Of a DNA stretch of 64,000 nucleotides, positions 37,901 to 47,327 are shown piece by piece. The stretch is taken from IMG/VR virus record IMGVR_UViG_3300030379_000259; one strand, 5' to 3'. Position 1 is the stretch's first letter, and every line of letters starts with the position of its first letter. The position numbers and the translations under genes are program-made. The DNA comes from a virus. The notes below the pieces were generated by a model that worked only from the letters and a program-made list of their open reading frames with translations, was not told the DNA's origin and searched no databases.

Positions 37901-40900
37901 TATCTTCTTTAAACTCAACAGCCGAAATACCAACAAACTCTGACGGAACTCCATCTATAAATAGATTACTACTCTTTATAAAAGGATTAGCAACAACCGG
38001 GTTTGTCGATTGCAGACTGTTTTTAATGCTGTATTTTGTAGCTAAATCTGTAGCGTAAATATCAATGGTAGCCTCAGAACACAACACTTTCAAGACTACA
38101 TAACCATCTCTGTCTGCTGCCTGGTGACGAACAGCAAAGCCGCAAAGCATATTATATAACGCACCGGGTGTTGCGCCTTCTGCACTGTCACCAAAATACA
38201 AGACTGACTTATTGGCATAATCGAATACGCTACCTTTGTATATCACACCGGTCTTTGACTTGTTATACTGTGACTTAATTACAGAATACTTATTCTGTGT
38301 GCTGTCCATACCGTCAGCGTCCCAGGCTCGTTCAGCATCGGCTGCGACAGGCTTGCCCGTCGGATAATATTCCAGCATTACGCCATAGGCCATCATGTCG
38401 TTCTCAAGAACACTCTGTAAAGAATTGATTTGATCTTCGTTTATGTGATCTTTCAATGCGATCGTGGAATTGCCGCTGCCCCGTAGCATAAATTGGTCAA
38501 ACAATTTACTATACTCAACACCATCGTAACCGATAATCGGCAAGCCATTAGATGTTGTAATAATACCATTAAGCTGGCTCGATTGTGTCTGATCACCTTT
38601 GCCAATATTTAAGAGCACATCATTACCATTCGCAAAATTGAGCACAGTAAAATCAGAAAGTGCATTATATCCGTCTATCGTGCCCTCTGTATCAGCGGAG
38701 TATTCATAATTTGCAAGAGACTTTGAATCAACCTTAAATACTGTTGAAGACTCATCGGAAGTGAATCCATCACAAGACACAGAATAGTACAAATCCTCTG
38801 GCGATTTGGTTGTAATTGAAATATAATACTTCTTAATTGGAGTAATATTGGAAATTGCCGCCAACGCATCTGCTGCATTCGTCACATTTTTCTCTGTAAT
38901 CGGAGAATATGGGTTGTGACATTCGCCCCATCTGTTCGCGAATTCCATAGCCTTAGATGCAAAGAATTCATAGTCTTGATAGTCCACGGTGATCGTGAAA
39001 TTATCATTTGTAGCATCGTCATGATATGTGTATGACTTATTGAAAGATGGATGACTATTTTTGCTAAAGTTCTTAGCATCTGTCTCTTTTTGGGCGTTTA
39101 GTGTGCTTACTTTTTGGGACAATTCGGCTAAAATTCCAATTTTATTAAGATCAAGAGTCGTATATGGGACAAGTTCGTCCTTTTCATTCTTTGTGTACAA
39201 AGAATACACAATGTTGTCATTATCATAAAATGAAACACCGCTTTCATTATAGGACCGATCCACCGAATCAAAAAAGGTTGTCACAGTTTTATCGTCTGCA
39301 TAAGTCTGTTTTTTCAAATAATAATCAAGCTTAGCATACTTGCCTGTGTACTTAATTTCTTGCACATTCTCCTTGAAGGATACCGATCCTGAACGAGTCG
39401 TCCACACCTTTTGCTTCTCGCCATTTTTATCTACAAAAAAGAACTCAAATTTATATGTTCCTGGCTCAGCCGGATAATAAGAATAATTCAAATAAGTTCC
39501 ATTGTCTGAATAAAAATCAAAATCCTTAGAAGTATTGAGAACCTTATCCCTTTCGATGGATTGATAAACGCCTAGAGAATCCATCTTATAAACGTTCATT
39601 GAGACATTCTCAACAGGATCACCGTGTTTGTATTCTGGATTTAAGTTAGCTGATTTATCCAGTGTGTGCAGTCTCAAATCAATACGCTCTTTAGCACATA
39701 GCTCAACCTCAGTTAAATATGTTTTTCCAACTATAGATTTTTGCCCTGCCGTATTTGCGTTTTTAAACTCTTCTAAAGACGAGACAACACTCTTTTCAGA
39801 AACAGTTCCAAAAGCCTTTGGCGTTGTTTTAAACGCCTCTTCATAAGTGTAATAGTTGAGATGGATTTCATTATAGTCCTTGATGTTTTTAGTTACATCA
39901 GACACAGTAAAGTCTTCAGGCATAATAAAGAACTTGTATGTGTCTGCGTCACCATAAAACATTACAGCCCCATTCTCGTCGGTTTTTAAGATCTGAAAAT
40001 CGGGGTCACTTCGAGGCTCGTTACATTCACTGCAGAAATCCGTATTATACGGATTCGTTTTATATGTCGGAATATCAGACAACCACGCTCCACAATTCGC
40101 ACACACGATGGCATCATAGGCGTTTTTTTCTTTGCATGACGGACATTCCTTGTAAGAACAGCCATAACAAGTCCAGGTAAGATCATCTGCGGACTTAAGT
40201 CCCACTAATTCTTTATACTTGCTTTCAGACAAAACCATCACGCGCGCGCCAGCAACAGGTGTTCTGGAATTAAACGTTGAGTTATCATATACTTTGATCT
40301 GATTTAACTGATCTCCATAATATGCTTCGGCGTTATACACCAGGTGGTTATTTGTATAACGCACACTGCCACCAGTTACCTCGTCATTGTAGTAATAGCG
40401 ATCAGATTTGTTATCTTTAATGACAAAATAATAGTAATATCCAGAAGTCAAACTATTTGCAGGAAGTGACACAGTTACATAATTCGGATAAATGCTGTGT
40501 CCACAATAAGCCCTTCCGGCCGGATGTTTCGTTCCGCACACAGAGCATTGCCAGCCTGTTGCAATTGTTGAACTAATCAAAGAACCACCGGTGCGAACAT
40601 AGGCGGTATCCGACTGATCTGCTGTTCCACCGCCACCACACAAAGCAAGACTAATCTTTGAATAGCCGATGTGTGGAGAACCAACATATGCCGTAGATGT
40701 ATGTCTCCCGTTACTCACTCCTAGTCCACCAGAAAACCACTTATGACACTTAGAGCAACGAATCAGGGAAACAGAACCGCCAGTATATGGGCTATCCCCT
40801 TCATGCCCCTCACAAGCATACGGATACTCTTTAAATGCATTGACATTTGCTCGACTCTCACTCACATTAGCCGTAATGTCTTTAACTAATTCCACATCAT

Positions 40901-43900
40901 ACGTTGAACCTTGACAAGTCAGCGTAGAGTTAGAATGGCCGCAGGTAGAGCACTTCCAAGTCTTGGACGAAGCCGTTTGTTGCATATAGGTATTCGTGCA
41001 TGTTTCTCCATCGCACTCCAAACCACTATTTGTAGTTTCGCACTTTGAACATTGCCATGCTTCCGGAACAACCCAAAACTCGGGGACACTGCCCTGGTCG
41101 TCGATAGACTTACCGCAGTCTGGACAAATAGAAGCATTCTCTACGATACTACCGCACGAGCACTTCCAAGCGTAGTTATTTTGAGCCGTCAAATAATCAG
41201 AGAACTTTGAACCACACTTTTCATTGATGTTGTCAAACAATTCATCCGCATTGACCGGCAGCGAAGAAAGTGACTTGGATCGATACAAAAGCAGCTGAGA
41301 GCCGGTTTTAAGCAGATTTAAAGCCTCAACAGCTTCGTCTCCGCGAGCAAACAAATTGTACTCAATACCGCCTTTACCATCGCCCTTAGGCATATAATAC
41401 AGATACACATTCAGAGTGCCGTGCATTTCATCAACAGTAAAATCAGGCTCCCCTGCCACTTCTTTATGTTGGTAGTTACCAAACACATCTATGTAACCAT
41501 AAGCACCAACATAATCGCATGTGCTTCCACCATATTCTACAGATTCTTTGAAATATGGAACGTTTTCTGTAGTCGTTGTTGTATTGCCGTCAGCGTCCGT
41601 CTGTTCAACGGTATCTTCATAATAACCGTCTTTAAATGTAAACGCTTTAGCTGCGTCCCAATCCAGAACCTTCGATGACACAATAGCGTTGTCTTCGTAG
41701 ATAGAAGAACTATTGTAATCAAAGCTGTCCGTCAATGCTACATAGTTCAGGATGACTTTGGAATCACTAACCGGAGCAAATGTGACATGAATGTCAGAAG
41801 CCTTCAAAGATGCAACATTCGTATTGAATGACATTTTATAGAACTGCTCACTGTTTTGTGGATAAAGTGTTCTGGAACCAACAGGGCTGCCGTCTTTGTT
41901 TACTGCACCATCGTCTACAACAATGCTCACAATCTTAAAGCCGGTTGATTTTGGAATAGAAACCGTAACCACCTTGCCCAATGAGTTATTGTCCGTTACA
42001 TACATATCTGTTTCTACAGAATTTTCGTAGTCAGTTGAAGCTCCGGCCTGTCCGGAAGGCTTAATCGCCTTGTTGCTCCCCTCTTGAAGCGTCCAGTTAT
42101 CTGATACGCTTACCCATTTGGAGATTTTCTTTTGTGCCTCATCTGCAGCTTCTTTTGCATCAGCCGCAGCTGCCACTGCCTGATCATCACTTGGATCAAT
42201 TGTTACATCTTTATAATTGGACTCATAATTACTGATGGCATTTAGCAAATCATCGATTCCGGACAAAGAACCGGCTGCTGAAATATTGTTTTGCAGCTGC
42301 CACTGCGCATAATAGGTTACTTCACCTTCAGCAGGCGTCTTGATCGTCGTTACCTGATCTTTCGCATAATCATAGTTATCTGCCGTAGCGCCCCAGCCCT
42401 TGAAAGTTCTGTTCAGATCTTCCAAATCGCCGTTCAGCCCGGCTATTGCAGCTGTGCCCGTACAATTATGCCCCTTTACTGAAGGTGCATTGATCGTCTG
42501 TCCAACGTTAGCAGTTGTTGAACTGATCGTTTCACCACACAGCGCACAAACAAAGTTTACCGTAGACTGCAGCGTGAATGTGTACTTCGCATAATACACT
42601 GTCACTTTAGCACTTGGCATTGCAATGTCATTGCCAACAGTCAATGAAGCATCATCCGACTTATCATTCACCGTATAATCAGGATTTGTTCCCCAATAGC
42701 TGAATGTAATTTTATAATCACTCAGCGGATGACCTTTGTATTGCAAATCACTTAAATTGCTGGAATCTTTATGGGATTCACCAGACGGAACCGGACCCTG
42801 TGTAGAGCCTGGTGCACCACGCAGCAACGCAATCTCATTTTCATCAATGGAACACTTAAATAAAACTTTATTCTCGTTCGTCAGCTTGAGTGTGTATTTT
42901 GCATAATACTTTTGCGTGCTGCTTGGCACAGTTGTCTGAGAACCGGCCTTATGGTTGCTTAACACGCTCAAACTATCATTCAATGTACCGGTAGCCAGCT
43001 TAGCATTTGCGTTATTGTCTTGACCCCAGCCTTGGAATGTGATCGAATAATCTCCAACATCAATAGTCTTGCCATTGTATGTAATCTTTCCATCGTTGAC
43101 AGAGCACACATGTTTTGAACCGGTTGGAATAGTGTACTTTTCTCCGGCGTAATGTTCTCTGTCATTTTTACTGGTTGAAGTATCATACAGTTGTGCTCCG
43201 CACAAACCGCAGTAATAAACTGCTCTGCCCTTTGCGTTCTCTTTCTTATCCAGACATATCCAGAATGTGGTATCGCCATAAATCTTTTTCTGACTTGGCG
43301 CCGGATTTGTCATTTTTGATCCATTCTTTGACGCACTCCAATGTTTATAGCTGTAAGTATATTTGTAATTGTTGTGCTTTTGAGGATGCGTCTTTTCTTG
43401 ATCGTTGAAGTAGCTTCCGGAAACTGTCTCTCCATGTGCCACAGTAATCGTCTTTAAGTTTGCTCCATCGAGAGAACATTTTAAATAAGCCTTATGTGCC
43501 ACGGTCTTTAGATTAAACAGCACACGCACGGTATTATAACGACCACCACAAATATAGCCCTTAACACCGGCAGTTTTATCTTTGCCCTGGAAATAAGTTG
43601 CTTTATTATAAATATCAGGCGCATTCATATGCCAAGCCAAATTGACAGACACATTGGACCGGCGGGATGTGTAGAATGTCAGCTTATTGCCGCTCACTTC
43701 TACCTTCATAAACGGCTCTGCAGGTTTTGTTTTCAGCTTAGCAGAGCTTACGGGGACATAGCCATAGTAAGAAGTTGTGTTTTTTTTCTCATCGCCAAAG
43801 TACACACAGTAAAACTTGCCATTTCGTGTTTTACCCAACACAGAAGCACCTCTGTACTGTGGACCTTTTTTACCCTTCGACGTAACCATTCTATTACGCA

Positions 43901-45029
43901 TAGCGCTATTCACATTACAAATCACCTTAGACTGTGTAGTTGCCTGCGAATAGACTTTAACATCACCGGTAAACGTAGTGGTAAATACTGAGCCATCATT
44001 GTTTCTGATAGGAAGCACAATCTTATTTGGATCATACTTACCATACTCAGTACCCAAAAACTTTTTGGAAACATAGTAAGTAGATTCGTAACGCTTTTTG
44101 CTGTCATTCCAAGCCATCTGCGTATAATCATTACTACCTAAATCGCTAAAGTTACGCCACCTACTTCCACTCTTATACTGGAACTGCTGCCCATTCATCT
44201 GCATCTCGGCAGCTTCCAAAATTTCGTTATAGTAATCAGGACAATCTTTTACATTATTGAAATACTTATTCTTTACAGTGTAATAGAAGTCATGCCAATA
44301 GTAACGATAAGAAGCGTCAATGCTCTTGCTATAGGACCCAACAATATCTTGGTTGCGCTCTTTATGCTTAGCATTAGCCTTATACGATTTAGAACGCACA
44401 TCCGTCCACTTCGTATCATTGCCAAAGCCAACACGCTTGCCCTCATCCAGTTCCCACAGAATACACTGGGTGGCAATAAAATACAGCTGCTCACGGTAAA
44501 ACTGATCGCCGGAGTTGGTGGTGAATTGTTTAAAGCCGTTGATGAGGACGTAATAAATCCTCCGCGCCCTCTTTTCTGGAATCTTAATACCGTCACTTTT
44601 TGCAGCATTGATAAAATCAGTAATCTTGTTTGGATCTACATTGATTGTCGTTACCGCACTGGCTCCGCTCTCATCACTGGTATAACCGTAAGATCTGGAA
44701 AGACGAAAAATCGGCACTTCATCTTTGCCAGCATTCTTTTCACTACCAGACAAATCTGATGAAACATACTTTCTCAGAAGATTGGTTGTACCGGCACCGG
44801 CTTTATTTCCGGCGATTTCTCTACTGTATTCCGGAATGCGAATTTTACCATTCTCATTTTTACCATAGTTGTAATTCCAGGCAACTTTGTATTTCTTACC
44901 ATTGGAAATGGTAATCTGCCCGGATGCTACGTTGGCAAATGCCTGAATGGCACCGACTGGAAATGTCGTAAAGAACATTAGCAATGCCAGAAACACAGAT
45001 AAAATTCTTTTTGGAATAGATTTTTTCAT
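34953..45029 (-). CDS. giant secreted repeat protein (3358 aa): signal peptide, Listeria-Bacteroides-type repeats, cluster of Cys4 zinc-ribbon-like motifs
   Basis: Uninterrupted 10,077-nt ORF; GGGGGAGG RBS; signal peptide MKKSIPKRILSVFLALLMFFTTFPVGAIQAFA. Repeats like ITFQGWGQDN...KYYAKYT and RTFKGWGATADNYDYAKDQ...VTYYAQW. Eight or more W-x-C-x2-C...C-x2-C motifs between about aa 1150 and 1500. No LPXTG. Confidence 0.85.
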   Translation of the reverse strand: MKKSIPKRILSVFLALLMFFTTFPVGAIQAFANVASGQITISNGKKYKVAWNYNYGKNENGKIRIPEYSREIAGNKAGAGTTNLLRKYVSSDLSGSEKNAGKDEVPIFRLSRSYGYTSDESGASAVTTINVDPNKITDFINAAKSDGIKIPEKRARRIYYVLINGFKQFTTNSGDQFYREQLYFIATQCILWELDEGKRVGFGNDTKWTDVRSKSYKANAKHKERNQDIVGSYSKSIDASYRYYWHDFYYTVKNKYFNNVKDCPDYYNEILEAAEMQMNGQQFQYKSGSRWRNFSDLGSNDYTQMAWNDSKKRYESTYYVSKKFLGTEYGKYDPNKIVLPIRNNDGSVFTTTFTGDVKVYSQATTQSKVICNVNSAMRNRMVTSKGKKGPQYRGASVLGKTRNGKFYCVYFGDEKKNTTSYYGYVPVSSAKLKTKPAEPFMKVEVSGNKLTFYTSRRSNVSVNLAWHMNAPDIYNKATYFQGKDKTAGVKGYICGGRYNTVRVLFNLKTVAHKAYLKCSLDGANLKTITVAHGETVSGSYFNDQEKTHPQKHNNYKYTYSYKHWSASKNGSKMTNPAPSQKKIYGDTTFWICLDKKENAKGRAVYYCGLCGAQLYDTSTSKNDREHYAGEKYTIPTGSKHVCSVNDGKITYNGKTIDVGDYSITFQGWGQDNNANAKLATGTLNDSLSVLSNHKAGSQTTVPSSTQKYYAKYTLKLTNENKVLFKCSIDENEIALLRGAPGSTQGPVPSGESHKDSSNLSDLQYKGHPLSDYKITFSYWGTNPDYTVNDKSDDASLTVGNDIAMPSAKVTVYYAKYTFTLQSTVNFVCALCGETISSTTANVGQTINAPSVKGHNCTGTAAIAGLNGDLEDLNRTFKGWGATADNYDYAKDQVTTIKTPAEGEVTYYAQWQLQNNISAAGSLSGIDDLLNAISNYESNYKDVTIDPSDDQAVAAAADAKEAADEAQKKISKWVSVSDNWTLQEGSNKAIKPSGQAGASTDYENSVETDMYVTDNNSLGKVVTVSIPKSTGFKIVSIVVDDGAVNKDGSPVGSRTLYPQNSEQFYKMSFNTNVASLKASDIHVTFAPVSDSKVILNYVALTDSFDYNSSSIYEDNAIVSSKVLDWDAAKAFTFKDGYYEDTVEQTDADGNTTTTTENVPYFKESVEYGGSTCDYVGAYGYIDVFGNYQHKEVAGEPDFTVDEMHGTLNVYLYYMPKGDGKGGIEYNLFARGDEAVEALNLLKTGSQLLLYRSKSLSSLPVNADELFDNINEKCGSKFSDYLTAQNNYAWKCSCGSIVENASICPDCGKSIDDQGSVPEFWVVPEAWQCSKCETTNSGLECDGETCTNTYMQQTASSKTWKCSTCGHSNSTLTCQGSTYDVELVKDITANVSESRANVNAFKEYPYACEGHEGDSPYTGGSVSLIRCSKCHKWFSGGLGVSNGRHTSTAYVGSPHIGYSKISLALCGGGGTADQSDTAYVRTGGSLISSTIATGWQCSVCGTKHPAGRAYCGHSIYPNYVTVSLPANSLTSGYYYYFVIKDNKSDRYYYNDEVTGGSVRYTNNHLVYNAEAYYGDQLNQIKVYDNSTFNSRTPVAGARVMVLSESKYKELVGLKSADDLTWTCYGCSYKECPSCKEKNAYDAIVCANCGAWLSDIPTYKTNPYNTDFCSECNEPRSDPDFQILKTDENGAVMFYGDADTYKFFIMPEDFTVSDVTKNIKDYNEIHLNYYTYEEAFKTTPKAFGTVSEKSVVSSLEEFKNANTAGQKSIVGKTYLTEVELCAKERIDLRLHTLDKSANLNPEYKHGDPVENVSMNVYKMDSLGVYQSIERDKVLNTSKDFDFYSDNGTYLNYSYYPAEPGTYKFEFFFVDKNGEKQKVWTTRSGSVSFKENVQEIKYTGKYAKLDYYLKKQTYADDKTVTTFFDSVDRSYNESGVSFYDNDNIVYSLYTKNEKDELVPYTTLDLNKIGILAELSQKVSTLNAQKETDAKNFSKNSHPSFNKSYTYHDDATNDNFTITVDYQDYEFFASKAMEFANRWGECHNPYSPITEKNVTNAADALAAISNITPIKKYYISITTKSPEDLYYSVSCDGFTSDESSTVFKVDSKSLANYEYSADTEGTIDGYNALSDFTVLNFANGNDVLLNIGKGDQTQSSQLNGIITTSNGLPIIGYDGVEYSKLFDQFMLRGSGNSTIALKDHINEDQINSLQSVLENDMMAYGVMLEYYPTGKPVAADAERAWDADGMDSTQNKYSVIKSQYNKSKTGVIYKGSVFDYANKSVLYFGDSAEGATPGALYNMLCGFAVRHQAADRDGYVVLKVLCSEATIDIYATDLATKYSIKNSLQSTNPVVANPFIKSSNLFIDGVPSEFVGISAVEFKEDKLKTKVTNIDNLATAQVTNREDAQNATARVTLDNTLQYLNLYTSKIATPLAVLKDYNVSPDGNATVINEDNDLLTDADGYIYTLNANCSLDATTKDVGKSNFIYVGYKFEDNDGSNPAYPKNTHPYKMSVRLLSSVDKTLENDDRRLFGLFGTSTRVTPNGTTANNIFTFKSDVQGSKPLGYETVEHYTAEMDLKTYQIKTSIQNGTITKTVTGLRAGNYKNIAGADSVVTFTPDPGYQITSVKIDGKELNSGEKLTGAQLVWTGDNKSGKISIPGTLSANHTVDVVCTRTYTITTSITNGTITDTITKIKYGETKTIEFTPNDGFMVNKIVIDKGLDTEKTISDVYKYWSGGSYTFENITADHSFDVECTAGIVVNTYLSKEAYETAGGSTDPIDPLKRQVDLLPYAIPDSAVKEKNVSSDTMTELEFAKMLYGPETNRDTIDENSWAAQFGEVFALSPEEQIENMGFAVSSGVQANTKLSSYYNKEDFPFVFSYYFPKELLDSLTAYYLEPSTMWFGCGPSGTANLKYQLCYEVPGHKDSDKKHISLFGGVPTDGSKGATYNVGCYVNEKYLPVDVKFQYPNAKYSYGTDVVTSFIVDNHSTKNFTDQNALNATGGLYAKLYNLNTGEWQYEAIENVEVKYDKKLIGRYNCQYAARTAVVPAEKNNLIYYTVRTPAVSSIDRSYGNLGYKFYGIIPWVQLRYNDEENGQFVYCDSGLQDKNLVQLNDLDDTSFTNYEGYNLNGGDGYSYKDPTNDKPYANTTSWQEYTCENGVFKLHTYTARLGFQENLLKPLASTGAGSAQNPSKKVENNNDENYWETKSGYSLESRVTANLTPQRKKDPALPNGSCVNAQSALAYYPEYNYQTINGKYSALYAMYGFKSAPTDRKYFGPYASLRPTGANTNENPYWFKFMEYEDEDSNARSLHHVPVWYPNDTDYKIQVRVADCWTPSGMLSYVGDSNAVKINGSLFDDFKTRETSPW

Positions 45030-45065
45030 TAGACCTCCCCCTTACGGATAAAAATAGATTGAATG

Positions 45066-45099
45066 TGAAAAAGAAAAAGGAACACCCCCTTGGTGCTCC
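45066..45099 (-). terminator. leader hairpin + U-tract between promoter and RBS of the giant gene (attenuator-like)
   Basis: GGAGCACC-AAGGG-GGUGUUCC then UUUUUCUUUUUC; flanking UUUUUUUUGAAAGGAG shared with the YidC-like leader. Confidence 0.45.
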
Positions 45100-45123
45100 T
45101 TTCAAAAAAAATTCATATATAGA

Positions 45124-45136
45124 AAATTATAACATA
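45124..45136 (-). promoter_or_regulatory. extended -10 promoter (RC TATGTTATAATTT)
   Basis: About 95 nt upstream of the giant gene start. Confidence 0.45.
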
Positions 45137-45256
45137 CTCTCCACAAAAAGGAAAACAGCGCAAGCATTTCGCTTACGCTGTACTAATCATTAATAAGTTG
45201 CTATTATTCTCGCCACGATGATGGAATAAGTGCACAAAGTGCCGCACGATGCACAT

Positions 45257-45841
45257 TTAATCATTTTGAGAACGGAGTTTTTTTTCACTCAATTCTTGGC
45301 TGATGTCCGTGTCATTTTGATAAATTTGTCCTGCAAAAAAAGCAATTAACATGATTTCTAAAGCATCAGCTTTGATGAAACGAAACTTTAAAAAATACAA
45401 CAAAGACTCTCTAAAAGCCTTTATACCATGATCATCTCTTTCAAGCAGTGACAATTTATTCTCTTCATTATTTAAAAATCCAATAATATACGCAAACACA
45501 AACCTCTCGTTAATGTCAACTAACTCCGCTCTGTTATGCAATATCTGAATTGGCTTTCTTGTAACAAGCCAATACGAGGTATATGCTACTATTTTAATTG
45601 CATTGATATGCTCAACACCATGAAAGTTTTTTAATCTTTTAACATCTTCAAAGTAATCAATCAATGCACATGTTAATACGGTTTCGTTAACATACACATC
45701 TTCACTTATTTCATTCTTATCAATGAAGTTATTCATATCCGCTAAAAGCCATTTTAGTCGATCCTTGAATTTTGGACTTTTTTCTGTGTAAGTTTTTAAA
45801 TCATTGTAAGCATCTAAGAAATTAGAATGAATATTCTCCAT
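45257..45841 (-). CDS. hypothetical protein
   Basis: Start MENIHSNF after GGAGGG; 194 aa; no motif recognised. Confidence 0.45.
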   Translation of the reverse strand: MENIHSNFLDAYNDLKTYTEKSPKFKDRLKWLLADMNNFIDKNEISEDVYVNETVLTCALIDYFEDVKRLKNFHGVEHINAIKIVAYTSYWLVTRKPIQILHNRAELVDINERFVFAYIIGFLNNEENKLSLLERDDHGIKAFRESLLYFLKFRFIKADALEIMLIAFFAGQIYQNDTDISQELSEKKLRSQND

Positions 45842-46229
45842 TAAGGCCCTCCATTCTTTTGATCTTATCAATAGCACTTTGTGTCAATAATTTGCTCATT
45901 TTTTTCGACTGAACCTGATCATTGTAATTATTTCCTTCGTTTTGTTGCACATGCACATAAAAATAACCAGATTCAAGTAGTTGCATAATAGCTTCAGTCT
46001 GTTCAGAAACATCCATAGAGTTATCAAGTATTTCAATATAGCGGTTCCTATATGCAAGGATGTCTTTCTCATTATAAGGATGTGTCATCGAACGATAAAC
46101 AGTTTGTGTACCTTCAGCGGATGTTGTCACATGCTTTCTTTTAAGATCAAACACCCCGAGAGCCTGCAATATAATACATATACCAACGATACAAAATGTT
46201 GCGAAAAAAATCCAAATGATTTTCTCCAA
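45822..46229 (-). CDS. membrane-anchored hypothetical protein
   Basis: TTG start after AGGGGTGA; N-terminal TM. Confidence 0.45.
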   Translation of the reverse strand: MEKIIWIFFATFCIVGICIILQALGVFDLKRKHVTTSAEGTQTVYRSMTHPYNEKDILAYRNRYIEILDNSMDVSEQTEAIMQLLESGYFYVHVQQNEGNNYNDQVQSKKMSKLLTQSAIDKIKRMEGLNGEYSF

Positions 46230-46235
46230 AATAAG

Positions 46236-46766
46236 TCACCCCTTTATTTCTCTTATATTTCGTATATATCTTATACAGCCAAGCACTAAACTATAAATGA
46301 GATATACAGTAACAATAATAGCAAATGTTGTGTTGTAGTTGTGATTTGGCCTACAATAAGCGAACACTACAGATGTAGAATATGCAAGCATGCCTAACAA
46401 TATGCAAACAAAATCCATATAAAACCACACTGTCTTGTGAGCATCGCCATTTATGCTATAAAATTCCGTGGCCGCCGTAATTGCTATAGATGTCCCCACA
46501 AAAAGCCACTCTGGACTACTCAGTGACTTCGAAAGGATATCCATCACACCACACCCGTCTAACCATCTGGCAAACGGTATAATAAGAAGAGGCAGAATTG
46601 AAACAACAAAACTGAAAATCCAAGTAGCAAACTGCTTTTTAGCCTTGTCCAAGCGATTGTTATTCTCTTTCTCCTGCTCAACTTTTTTTGCTTCGATGTT
46701 TTGCTTTTCACTATTCGGCACGCCGACACTACAGACGTCCGTTGGACTATACTGCCACTCCTTCAT
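46236..46766 (-). CDS. polytopic membrane protein
   Basis: GAGGAGAA RBS; four predicted TMs. Confidence 0.5.
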   Translation of the reverse strand: MKEWQYSPTDVCSVGVPNSEKQNIEAKKVEQEKENNNRLDKAKKQFATWIFSFVVSILPLLIIPFARWLDGCGVMDILSKSLSSPEWLFVGTSIAITAATEFYSINGDAHKTVWFYMDFVCILLGMLAYSTSVVFAYCRPNHNYNTTFAIIVTVYLIYSLVLGCIRYIRNIREIKG

Positions 46767-46911
46767 TCATTCTCCTCATTTCTATAACTGTTTCTATAAT
46801 ACATTAATATAATAACAAAACTATATAGCCAAGTCAAGAATTAAAAAATAAATAATTAAAAGCCCTCTATGTAGAGGGCTGAAGAGTTTCTGACTGATAA
46901 CAACTGCACTA

Positions 46912-47310
46912 TTATACATTCTCGTTAATCCAAGACTCCAGAGAATCTTTACGACAGGCAATTACCTGAATGCCATATTCACTTATATATGAACTATTGC
47001 TATCGGTAATTCGGATGGCAACTATCGGTTTATGATTATCAACAGCAAACTTAATTTCATCTATTGACATTCCATTGTTGTTCGCAGGTCTGTTGGAGCA
47101 AACAACCACATCAGCACGTTTGATCCGCCGTTGAATCTGCGGGTCAACATTGTATCTCTTGTCAATGAAATCAAGCGGAGCGGTCTCCGGAACTGACTTA
47201 TCAGATATTTCGTATTTTGTTCTGTCAAGCAATTCATAAATTTTCGCGTAGTCTTCATAGCACCATCTGTGTGGAATAAATACTTTAATTTTGTTTTGTT
47301 GAATTACCAT
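46912..47310 (-). CDS. TIR-like (DUF1863-type) domain protein
   Basis: Start MVIQQNKIKVFIPHRW after AGAGGAG. KVFI..H..DY..I..L....FIDKSV...DPQIQRRIKRADVVVCS matches the TIR-like KVFISY..D...FIDKS...IRRKIR..StVIVLV pattern, judged from memory. Confidence 0.5.
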   Translation of the reverse strand: MVIQQNKIKVFIPHRWCYEDYAKIYELLDRTKYEISDKSVPETAPLDFIDKRYNVDPQIQRRIKRADVVVCSNRPANNNGMSIDEIKFAVDNHKPIVAIRITDSNSSYISEYGIQVIACRKDSLESWINENV

Positions 47311-47327
47311 TATATACATCTCCTCTT

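Noticed and set aside
34953-45029. LPXTG sortase signal or S-layer homology domains in the giant protein
   Set aside because: The C-terminus ends ...DFKTRETSPW with no LPXTG or hydrophobic/basic tail; no SLH motif recognised.
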